This document shows positions 9,990-21,669 of a stretch of 64,000 nucleotides of DNA, piece by piece; the stretch's first letter is position 1; the number at the start of each line of letters is the position of its first letter. Location: NCBI GenBank assembly GCA_904063045.1, contig CAJFCJ010000008.1, positions 682,001 through 746,000 on the forward strand, in the 5' to 3' direction. The stretch comes from Dimorphilus gyrociliatus (Eukaryota > Animalia > Annelida). The translations under genes and the position numbers were made by a program. The notes below the pieces were generated by a model, which searched no databases, was not told the DNA's origin, and saw only the letters and a program-made list of their open reading frames with translations.

Positions 9990-11320
9990 TTTCTTTTTTC
10001 GGCGTTCTTCTTCTATTAAATTGAAAAAAGGGATTATGTATAATTAGGATGACAGAAGCTGAAAATTATTCAGTATGCATGAGAGGGAATTAAGTTGCTC
10101 TACTGGTTATTTAATCGAACAATCGAAGCGTTTCTTGTTTGTCAAGAAGCGTAACATGTCTGAATATTTAGAATTAATAATAAGCTGCTTCTCTTTCCTT
10201 AACTCTTTTCCTTTCTTGCTTTTCCTCTCCTCTCCACAGAGCAATAGTACTTGGACTGAAAAGTTTCTTAATGATACGTTTTTTTTCTCTTTCGAAATTG
10301 TATAAACTTCTATAGGCCTTTTGCATAAAATACAAAAAATATTCGTAGGCCTATATCTTTAATCAACCGACGTTGACGGAAAAATATAATTTCTTACGCG
10401 GGAAAAGGTCATTATATACAGAGACGATAGATATACCCCACAGGCCTACTTGTTAATAGCTTCGTTTTTTTACGTAACCGTTTTGAGTTACTAATATTTC
10501 TCAAAGAGAAAAATGGGTATTTAGAACCAAGATATTATTAATTTATTGGTTCAAGCGTAAAATTACGGCTATAGGCTTATAAACAAGAAACAAAGATCTC
10601 TAGTCAATTGCCCTTGCATAAGTCAATAACTATTATGAAATATATTGATAGCATAAAGTGGCTTACCTGGCAGAAAATATAATAAATAAAACAGAAAATC
10701 AAAAAGAGGGAGAAGACACAGAGATGGGAGGGGGGAGAATTTCTTGACCTTTCAGACTGATAACCTGGAATAAGCTCGTTACCAGAGGATGACGGGTTTT
10801 TAACTGCAAAAACTCCCTACTGCTTAATAGGCCTACTAGACGCCTATGTAAAAACATAATCAAGTGATTTTTTTCAATCTTCCCACGCAAACCATATGTT
10901 CTTTACACGTAAGATACAGATTTTTTTTTACCCTGAGTACTAACATTCTATAAGGAAACCTTATGCAAATAAGGAAACGTATATCTAATTGCAAGAAAAA
11001 AACGGAAAGAAAATACTTTATATTTATTTAAAAACCAATAATATTCAAGTTCAAGGCGAGAAGGGAAAGGAGAATAAAAAAGGGAAAAGGGGAATAAAAA
11101 AAAGGCTAAATAAGACGGCTGATGAAAGGAAACAATCTTCGATTAATATTCTTTCCGTTTTTTGTCAGTATAATCCAAATCTGAAGGGCTTAGATTTAAC
11201 CGATGGATTGTTCCAGTCCATTGCGAAAGAATATCATAACGCCTTAGTTACTATTATTACAAAATTTTTTATTAAAAGCCAAAAAAAAAAACAAAAACAT
11301 AAAAACAAAACAAAAATGAC

Positions 11321-11359
11321 TGAATGAATGAATGAATGAATGAATGAATGAATGAATGA
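11321..11359. repeat. (TGAA)n tetranucleotide microsatellite, about 10 copies
   Basis: Direct reading of the sequence. Confidence 0.9.
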
Positions 11360-11440
11360 GTGGTTTATATAAACAAAAGAGTATAAAATAAATAGTTATA
11401 TTTATTAAAAAATATTCTCGAAGTTAACCCTTTTTCTCAC

Positions 11441-11479
<39 letters not shown>

Positions 11480-11540
11480 CTCATTCATAGTTTCATTTAG
11501 AAGAGTAATAATACTAAAGAAATCATTGATTTCTTACATA

Positions 11541-11572
<32 letters not shown>

Positions 11573-11839
11573 TAAACTGTATATATGCACATACATACGT
11601 TTTACTAATGTAAAATAATAATAATAATAATAATAGTAATAGTAATAACACTAGCAAAGACAACCTTCTATTCTTACCAATGTAAAACTCTCTCTATAAG
11701 CGATATATGAATAATAATAATAATCAAACTTTGAATTTTTGGACGCTTACAACGATCCTATTCAATTAACCGACGACAAGGACGTTTCGGTTTTGACAAT
11801 GAGTGGTCGCGTCCTTTTTCTATATGGTTTACGTAGGGT

Positions 11840-12070
11840 GTCACGTGACGCTGTTGGCCTTGTTCGCTAATTAAAAGAGATGAACGCTTCGTTGGACGAA
11901 AAAAAGCTTACTATGGCGCCGTTTACCTATTAGCATAGTAAAAGGAAGCATTTGCAAATCTTACCTTAAGCCAATCCAACTTCTTTCTTTAACGCCGCTC
12001 TCGTTGAAATGTGCGTTGTTCTGTTGAAAAAAAAACCACAAATACGTCACGTGATCAACTCGTCCAATCA
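11840..12070 (-). promoter_or_regulatory. Probable promoter and non-coding first exon (donor after 11965) of the G-alpha gene, with E-boxes and a CCAAT box
   Basis: AAG|GTAAGA donor at 11965/11964 on the - strand, GTCACGTGAC at 11840-11849, GTCACGTGAT at 12046-12055 and CCAAT near 12064 in a GC-richer island. Confidence 0.45.
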
Positions 12071-12413
12071 GCACGAAAATCGAGTCAAGATGCTGGCGTG
12101 TAAACTGACAAACTGACGGGTGAAAATAGTTAAATTAACTGGTATATTGCAAAGAAACGGATAAAATTGCTCAAGTTCTTTTAATGCCCAAGCTATAGGC
12201 CTAGTCACTTTATTGTCTCATTCTTTTAACTTAATAAAGGTTGTATAAAATTATGATCATTACGAAATTGCAGTACAAAAAAGCTGGAAAGGGATAAAAG
12301 GGAAAAGAGGGAAATATTCGGACCGTAAATAAAAATCAATATGCTTTAGTTGAGGCTTTCCGAAAGTCCCAATAAATGATGGCTATCAGGTGGCGCTTCC
12401 GATACACCTAATA

Positions 12414-12617
12414 TTATTTATGGTAGATGGAGCTGTTGACTATGGGATAACGACAAAAACACTTATGGAAATTCGATGAATTTTCACTAGCAATTGCTAT
12501 TGTATAACCTTTTCGAAGGGATAACAACATCGTCTGTAATTCTTCGTAGTCTATTTGCAATCTACTGCAAATAGACTTTATAGACGAATGGAGCGTTGTG
12601 TTGGATATATAGTCCAT
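12414..12617 (-). CDS. Possible orphan small ORF (67 aa)
   Basis: True ATG start and coding-like composition in otherwise low-complexity DNA; no recognisable homology. Confidence 0.2.
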   Translation of the reverse strand: MDYISNTTLHSSIKSICSRLQIDYEELQTMLLSLRKGYTIAIASENSSNFHKCFCRYPIVNSSIYHK

Positions 12618-14051
12618 TATTGATTATCTTCCTTTCTTCAACTACAGCATGTATCTATTAAGATTTCTTGGAACGTTAATAATATTTCAATGTTAATTAT
12701 TAATAAAAACAATCTCTGTATAGCTCGCTTTTTTTTAAATGTTTAGCCATCCAATTACAAACTTGATGTTTTACCGCTCTTTAAACATCTATTGCTGATT
12801 GGTTGATGTTTATGAATTATTAATGAGACATCAGGCGACACTGGGTAAAAACTCGCGCTTTACAGTTATCCGTCATTTTTACGACTTTAACAATCGTTTC
12901 AACTGAAATTTGAAAAAAAAGAGGTAAATATTTTCAAAACTGATTAAATAGTATGAATAATCAGTTTTTTCCCTTGTTTTTTTTCGTCTTTATTTTGTTT
13001 TAAAATTAAAAAAAACTTTAATATTTTTTTTTTAAAAAAAAAATATTAAAGAAAAGACAAGCAGCAAAAGAAAAAAATATTATTTCTATAAATTTTCATA
13101 AATAGAATAATTTATAAAATAAGGAATGACGCAAAATATTCGAATATATTATCGACTTATATTCATTTTCTATTCGATAAGAAAAACAAAAAAAACAAAC
13201 TGCAAAAGACTGTACAAACTTTGGTAAAAATAGAAAATTATAAGTAAATGATAAAAGACAAGATTTTTTTGTATTCAATTACTTTTGTTCAATTCCTATT
13301 TGAATGGGGTTAGGAAGAACGGTAGATAGATAGATTGATAGAAAAAAACGAAAAAAAGGACTCCCTTAGAACATTTATTTTATGATATTTTTTCCCCTAT
13401 GATAAAGATAATTTTTAATCAAAAATTTTTCCTTCTAATCATATAGGCCAATCAAAACTATACGCATAAAAAATTAGTTATTGCAACGTATTAGAAAACC
13501 TTAAAAACCTTATTCTCCCCTTTAATAAAAGGTCTTTTTAGTCGTTTTATCTTTTTTCACCCCTTTCCCAATTATTGTTTGATCCGAGAGTTATAAAACG
13601 AAATAAATAGAGATAAAATAGGAAGAACGAGAGTCAGAGAGACTTTGGTTGTTTATAATTTATTAAATACCGGATATTCTAAAAGTAAGAAGCTTATTCG
13701 TTCAATTATTTTTTACTAGAGTCGCAAAAAAAGAAAAAAGAATCTCAAAAAGATTTAAGAGAGAGTTTTCACTGTTAAACATACAGAATATGAATAAATA
13801 TATATATGTATATATATCTCTACTGCGATAATTCAAATCTCTGGAGTATAAATTAAACACTATAGAATAAGTATATTGATATTTCATCTTATATTTACTC
13901 TTAAATAACAGGAAATTTGTACTGTTTTGTTTCTATGTTTTTTAACTTTATTTCTATTTGTAAAAAGAAAAAGAAAAACAAATAAAAAAACATTTTCCAA
14001 TTTGTTTTAATATTATTATCATCCTTTTCATTCTACTTTAAGGTCTTAAAC

Positions 14052-14226
14052 ATGCCAACCTCTTCGCAGCGTACTCTTCTCCTTATGGTTTTAGTATCCT
14101 TATCACTTTGTCTGCTTGTTAATTGTGCACCAAAAGTACAATTGGATTATCAGGTATAAATCTTTACTTTCTCTCTCCCACTTTCCTTTTTTTAATAAAC
14201 GTTTTATCGAGGAAATAAATGAAAGA

Positions 14227-14269
<43 letters not shown>

Positions 14270-14519
14270 AAAAGAGGAGATGAAAAGTTTCCTTTACTAA
14301 GAAACTAAACTAAATATCATCTTATTTGTTCTTCTTATATTATTTAAGTTATTTAAGTTATTAAGCAAATAATTACGAAATGAATACAAACAGACGGCCA
14401 AGAGAATATTCTGTGATTGGGAAGGTTGCGGAGGAGGAGTGTTAAAGAGAGCAAGAAATTCCGAATCAATTATAGAAGCTTTGAGGCGTTTACTTAAATA
14501 TCAGACTAACAATAATTAA
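14052..14519 (+). CDS. Neuropeptide precursor (75 aa), CCAP/conoCAP-like. Exons 14052-14153 and 14394-14519
   Basis: MPTSSQRTLLLMVLVSLSLCLLVNCAPKVQLDYQ|TAKR-IFCDWEGCGGGVL-KR-ARNSESIIEAL-RR-LLKYQTNNN*. Signal peptide, phase-0 GT-AG intron, and dibasic sites flanking a two-Cys peptide. Confidence 0.78.
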
Positions 14520-15369
14520 TTCATATAGCATATTCGTTTTGTGGGAGTATATCTATAAAGTATTTTCTGCTGAATTAAAATAAATGTTGTCCGACAAGAG
14601 CATTTTATTCGTCTTTATCACAGTAAATTATCTTTTGAATTGACTTTCTTTTCTTTTTTTTTCGTGGAATGATTACAAGTTTTAAGCCAAGCAAAATTAC
14701 CTAAAACAACAAGGCAAAAAAAAATAGACAACACGTTTTCATGAAAAAAAAAAGAGCCAAAAGAAATAAACATTTAACACGTTAAGATTTCATTTCTATG
14801 AGATAAAGAGAGAAAAGTGCATATTTCGATATAATTGAGAGAAGAAGAAGAGAGAGAGAGAGAGAGAGAGTGAGGCAGACAGACAAATCGAACCTTACCA
14901 TCTATTGCCCTTTTCCCCTTTTCAATAATCTCCCGCTTCAATTCTCTTTTTTTAAATTCTTCTTAATGCTCTTCAAACTATCAATTTGAATATCAGTCAT
15001 TTAAAAAAAAAACACTTACACAACATATTTAATGTCGTATAGGTAACCGGAAGAAAAGTAGGAGAGAAGGAGAAGCTATTAAATATAAAAACAAAAAAAA
15101 AAGAGAAAGAGAGAGAAAATAAAACAAAAACACATGCGTAATGACAATATTGAAAACATAGAATAAAACTAAACATATCTATTTATCTATAAGCCCAGTG
15201 AATTTTCCTCTTTTTTTATGTTTTTCTTTAAAAAAATTTTGTTATAAATTTCTCTTTAAAAAATAAAATTTAAAAAAAAAAAAGAAGGAAAAAGTAACTA
15301 AAAGAGAATAGGAAGAAAGGCTTAGATAAAAACAAAAGAGCAAGAAAATTAAATAATAAGAAAATCTTC

Positions 15370-16468
15370 CTATTTCACATTACGATTATCATCGAGTTCA
15401 TCGGAGAGGAATGGATTTTTTGTTCGATCGTAATCATCCAACTCACAATACTCGTGATTATCTCCATTCCTTACTTGTTGCGTTAACAACGGCTTATCAA
15501 CTTCCTCATTAGCATTTGTTTTGAATGTAGTTAATTCTGTTTCTGGTTCGTTCGACGACTAAAAATTAAAATAAAGAGAAAAAGTTAAAGAAAACTAAAA
15601 AATAAAACGAAAAAACATATTAAAGTGCCGATGAAAATGATAATAAATAAATAATAAACGATAAATAGGTCATAAAACTAGTATGGTACGTAAAAAAATT
15701 ATTCTGTTATAAAGCCAAGTGATAAAACAACTCAATATAACTCAATAGTTTGTAAATTGAATAAAAGTGTTAGCTTGCAGAGGCCGAGTGGGCATTGGAT
15801 CAAACAGTTTAAGGAAGCCGTGCAAAATTTGTAAACCAATAGTTTGATTGTAACATATTTGGCCTCTGCATTCGTAGGAAGTCAACAAAGATGGAAAATA
15901 ACATGATCACTTAGAGAGAAATAAATGGTTTGCTGGGAATTTTTAATTAAAACTTTCCTAACTAAATCCTTAATAGTTAAATTGCATGAAAGAAAACCAT
16001 AAATTAATATCAAATAAGAAAAAATGCTCAAGTTATATAGGTCATTGGCGTTTAATAAGAATAAAAAACTATCTTCTTGCATACTTTTAGTTTAGACTAA
16101 CAATAAGATAAATACATTTTTCTGTCTAGTCAGACTTATACCTGTGTAAACTTCAGCAAAAAAAAGAAAATTAATCATTAGATTTCAGTTTCCTCTCTTC
16201 CTTTCTCCTTCGTTTCGCGTCACCGTTTCGTATCTTTCTTGACCATATTGTTTAGATACACCTAATCCAATTAACCAAAAGACATCAATCCATAAATACA
16301 TTCCTACGTATTATTCATACATAGAAACAAATTAAATAAAGTCTTTTCGGTTAATTGAAATAGATAAATTGATCTTTTAATAACGATTTTTTTTTTTAAT
16401 TTCAAAGGAAATTATTAAGAAACACTATTTTTGCCCTAGAAAAGGCTAAACTTTGAGCGGCAAGGGAG

Positions 16469-16513
<45 letters not shown>

Positions 16514-18064
16514 ATCTAGTTATGGCATAAATACTTAATATAGTTAGTTTTTTTTGTCTATCAAACAAATAAATAATCTTAAATTTAAAAAATCCATACT
16601 AACAACAGAAGCTAATGTACTTCTTACAGACTTTCTCGAGTTATATGGAAGAGGGCCAGGTGGAGCAGGAGCACGTTTTTTCTTCCGATAAATATTATCT
16701 GACCTAGTTGTTTCCGATCTCCGAACACCTACAGGATCCATTTTTGAGGTTTCCAAAATTTCCACCTCCCCTTTTTTCGCTCTATAACTTCGTCTATCAT
16801 CCGAATTTCTATATATTGAATCTTCCTTATCTCTCATAAAATAATGTAGTTTATCATCTTTCATAAACAAACTTGATCCAGAAGATTTCCTTTGAGAAAA
16901 TATAAAATTAACTTACTCTTTTGCCATCTAGTGGTCGAATTAAAAAAACTATTACCTCTTCTTATAGCGTGCATAACAAACTATTATGACAATTATTATG
17001 ATTAAGAAAATAATTCCACAAATACAGCCTATAATAATTCCAAGAGATGAACCCTCTTGTTTCTCTGTTTTGAAAAGCACATATGTTTATCATATTGTGA
17101 AAATAGGAGAAGCGGAATACATCTTGATACGGTGTTCTAAATGCTTTTTAACAATAGAACGTAAGAATGTAGCATTATTCTTTATTTCTTATGTTATATT
17201 TTATCGATTGGAACATAAAACTTTATTTCTATTGTTTAGATCAAACAATAATTATTAATTGTTTTTAACATCTTTCCAGTAGAAAATGTGTACCTTGAAA
17301 TTACATCATTTGAATAATGCTTATCGTATTTTTACTATCTCCTCAAGAATCCATTGAGAGGAGAGAATAAACTATAGACAATAGAATAAATTTGTCCTAT
17401 AATTTTTTTATAGCTTACCAGGTTTAGGCTCAAGTGTTTGCACTATATAAGGTGGATCTGTTTTAACTACTCTTTCAGTTGTTATTTCGGGATTTGTAGT
17501 TGTCTCTATTAATTTTCTGGTTGACTGTTGCTTAATTACTGTGGTTTTTTTGGATGTTTTAGGATCTGCTGTTGATAATTGAACTGTAGAACTAATCTTT
17601 ACGCCTTGTGTCGTCACATCATCAACAACAGTAGACTTATCAGCTGTAACGATTTTAGCATTTAGCTCTCCTAAAGGTTCTTCTACAAAGCTTTGTTTCG
17701 TAGTATTCGGTTGAATAGTTTCATATCTCAATGTAGAATTATCAGCATTATATGTAGTATTAGAATCTTAAGAGGAAAAACATAAAAGATAGAATTATAA
17801 TAATTTCATAACTTATACGCTCTATGATATTACTAATTCACACATGCCATGTTTAATTAATATAGACACTTACTCATAATTGGGATAATTGTCTTAGCAC
17901 TATAATGTGCTAATATTTAGCACAAAATGACAACATTTTGTGGGCAACAACAATGTCAACGATATATAATCCCAAAGTAGACATTTAAACTACACACCTG
18001 ATAATGAACAAACAGTTGGAAGAAGGAGAATTAAAGTTACAAAAACAGTTTTAGAAGTGGCCAT
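15370..18064 (-). CDS. Type I membrane protein with a mucin-like S/T-rich ectodomain, about 324 aa. Exons 18064-17998, 17766-17419, 17064-16956, 16889-16628, 15558-15370
   Basis: Signal peptide MATSKTVFVTLILLLPTVCSLS, a Thr-rich stalk, TM LGIIIGCICGIIFLIIIIVIIVCY followed by RYKKR, and a cytoplasmic tail. Phases are consistent (975 nt). Confidence 0.75.
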
Positions 18065-18960
18065 TTTGCTTTGTATCTGTTCTCCGAATTGAATAGAGTC
18101 TTGTTTGATAAAATCACAAAAGATATTCTTCTTCAGGAAAAGTAAACTTCGCTGAAAATAGAGTCGATTCACATTTCACTTTTTCGGGTATCCCTTTATC
18201 GCTCAAACAGACGTCAGGACTTTTCAATAAAGCAACTGTGAGTATCAGTCGATCAATACTTCAGATAAGATAATGACTTTTCGATTATTCAAAGCCCTAT
18301 CATTGCCGATTTAGATTAATTTTGATACCAAAAAAATTTTAACTTCCAGAGAAAAAACTAGTAGAACTTGTTTTTCAGGAGACTAAAATGTCGGCGTTAG
18401 CTTACAGCTTATGAATACATTTCACTAATTTTCACCTAGTATATATCTTATTTTACAATATTATGAGGATCAACTTCTAGCCACATAATTAAAATGGCCT
18501 TCCTGTTTGCTATCAATGACGACATTTTGAATATTTTAAAAAAGTTCTTTTAAACGTACACCAAAAGAAATTAAAAACATTTAAGATCGCGCGCAATTTA
18601 TTTTATATTTAAAACTATATAATTAAGATAATTTTTTGATAAAACATTTACAATTGCTTTGCTTGTAAAAAACTATATTGGAAATGAGCAATACATTAAG
18701 TGATTGTGTTCTAGATCACGGTACAGTTACTCAATAACAATTTGCTTGCAGCGACATCTAACAGAAATTTTTTTCCGAATCGAAAAATAGTTCCCGACCG
18801 GATATGACATAAATGTTGTTGTTTGTTACGTGAATCTCATCATTTGAGTGTTGAGATAACTTACTTTACCGTTACCCCAAAGAGCTGGCGTAAACAATTC
18901 AAATTCGACGAAAAAGCTCTAACAGCCTTCTTCCTTTTTTAACAACTGCAGATCAATAGA

Positions 18961-21148
18961 ATGTCATTGAAGAAACTTATATATGCTCCAAAAGTACGTA
19001 TACTACATTTTCGATTTTAATAGTGCGTGATTAAAATTCAAGATTTCTCAGATTTGATCACGACATTTTCTTTTAATAAATTTGCTAAACCGATTTGTCT
19101 AAAACTGATCTATTGTTAAGCCATTTAAAAAATTAAGACAACAATGTCTCTCTATTAAATTTATTATTCATCACAATAATAAGGTTAACCCAAATTTAGT
19201 AAGAATTTTCAATTAACAGTACTTTGATCTTTTTTGTAAAGTTTTCTTTAGATATTTAAAGTTATAAACTAATTAAGTCATTGCAACAAGTAAATGAAGA
19301 GAATATGTTTATTCGCTAAAAAAGTAGCTTGTTAGAAGGCTATTATATGTCAATTTAGCCTATGAAGGGACCGTGAAAGATTGTATTCAAATAACTTTTG
19401 AAGGAATTGAAACTCTTAGAAATAGCCGCTTAGGTGTGTCTACTTTCTTGAATAATGGGTGGAGCTAACCTTCTATACAAACTTCGTAAAAGTGAAACTA
19501 AATAGCATGTGACTATGTATTGTCGCCCATTTTATATATATATATATTTAACAACCCCTCCTTAAGACTATTTTAATAAATATACTAATAATAAAGAAAA
19601 TAATGTTTTTTCTATTATTTTTGTAGCGTAGCGACACTTCCTTATTAGCCCGATTTTATTTTGCCGACGAGGATTTGCACAAAGTAGCGTCTGAATTGGA
19701 CTCTTTTGATGGAAAAAAAGACCCTGAGCGATGTAATCAACTAATACACAAATTACGACGATGTCAAGATAAGGTAATAAATTATTCATTTCGCTTAATT
19801 ACCATCTTTATTAAATTAACGAAGTGTGTTTTTTTCTTTTCCAATCACTATTTAGGTTATTGTGATTATTCAAAATTTAATAGAAGAAGTTGTTGAAAAT
19901 CCTGTAAATAGAGATTATCGTAGGAAATTTCCAGAGGATATCATTCATGAAGGTTTAGCTGGTCAATTATGGTTCGGGGCCGAATGTTTATCTGCAGGGA
20001 GTTGTATTATGAATAAAGAAGTTGAATCTGCTACTATGAGACCCTTGGCCAGAGCCCTAACGAAACATTTAGACGCTGTCCGAGCACTTTTGAGACAGCA
20101 GGCTCTGAAAGCAAATGTAATATCAAAGAGTGTAAGGGATGCTTTAGCCCTTTTTGATAGACTATTTGCTGAATTTGAATTATCATACGTCAGCGCCATG
20201 GTGGCTGTTAAGACCGTTTCAGAATATGATTCGCTTTTAGACGTAGCTGTTTTAATGAGTGAAAGTACCCAGAGAGCCATCAAAATAGGCTTGCTTAGTC
20301 AAGAAATGCTGGACGACTATGAACCTCGAATAATGTTCGCCATCCCAAGACTGGCGATTATTGGAGGTTTATTGCATTATCCGAAAGGCCCTTTGAACCC
20401 TGAAGAACCAGCTCAAATGATTTCTATGTTCAAGCCTTATGTGCCTTTACTGTGTAAACTAAAGAAATTACTGAAGAACTTGACAGACAAGGACTTGTGG
20501 CTGCTGGAAGAGACATTATGCGATACCAATCCTAGTCACAAAATTGAAGAGACATTTTGTACTAGTGAGAAAGGCGATTGTAAAACACTTTTAACTAATT
20601 CTTTAACAAGTTGTATGGATGTTAAGGCAGTCGAAAATGAGAATAATACTATTTGTGAAAAACAGAAAGCAAAGGATCAGAAATCTGATAGAAGTGATTT
20701 ACACAAAATTTTTGTTTACGTTTCAGGAATAGCAGATCAGTTACAAAGTAATCACGCAACGGATATGCGATTTGTCTTACAATCTGTATTCAAAATACAC
20801 TCGGATAACAATGAGGAAGATGATCCTTTCTTGTCAGACGAAGAAGAAATACCTATAGGTAATAATGTCAGGGAGGCTCCTCGATGGGTACCTGATGACC
20901 AAGTTCAAGAATGCACTTCTTGTAAATCCGAATTTACTTTTTTCAAGAGACGGCATCATTGCCGAAATTGTGGTCACATTTTTTGTTCTGCTTGCTCTTC
21001 ACACTCAATACCCCTGCATCATTATGGCTTCAATAAACCCGTACGGGTTTGCAATTACTGCTTTAGTTTCCAACTCATGCAGAACAGACCTAGGCTAAAT
21101 GACAGTTTAAACAGAACAAGCGTTGGATCTTCAACTACTTTCGATTAG
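18961..21148 (+). CDS. ZFYVE28: Lateral signaling target 2 homolog (FYVE-domain protein). Exons 18961-18993, 19627-19773, 19856-21148
   Basis: [11 protein letters not shown]|[48 protein letters not shown], and a C-terminal FYVE domain (WVPD...RRHHCRNCG...VRVC). Confidence 0.93.
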
Positions 21149-21335
21149 CTGCAGAGGACCATAGACGAGGATAATTGATGTGATAAATCTGGTTTTGTCT
21201 TTTTTTTAAAAAAACTGTTTTTATGACCTTTTGCGATTGAAAATCAAATACAATATAACTATTTGATACCTTATCATCTTACTATTTTAGCTCTGTTATA
21301 TCAAAAAAATACATATATATACTGTATATATATAC

Positions 21336-21367
<32 letters not shown>

Positions 21368-21669
21368 GATACAGTATAAGTCAGTCAGTCGTTGTTTTCT
21401 TTTGATTTTCAAATTAATTAAATTAACAATTAATCAAAGTATTTGCATATATTTTATAGCTGACGCAAAAAAATTCGCTAATCAAGCAGCATGAATGTAA
21501 TAAAAACAAACACATACGATATTCACACTTTCAAATGACTAAACGTTTTTGCGTAAACGTTGAGATTTAAAGGAAAAGATAATAGCCAGAATAAAAATTA
21601 TAATAAAGAACAGTTGCTTTTTTTTAGTAGAATGGCACCTAGATGACCAGACCTTTTTCTCGTGAACTT

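Noticed and set aside
19455-19495. Alternative LST2 first exon [12 protein letters not shown]
   Set aside because: The available donors are out of phase with exon 2. The 18961 exon ([11 protein letters not shown]) is in phase and matches the family N-terminus.
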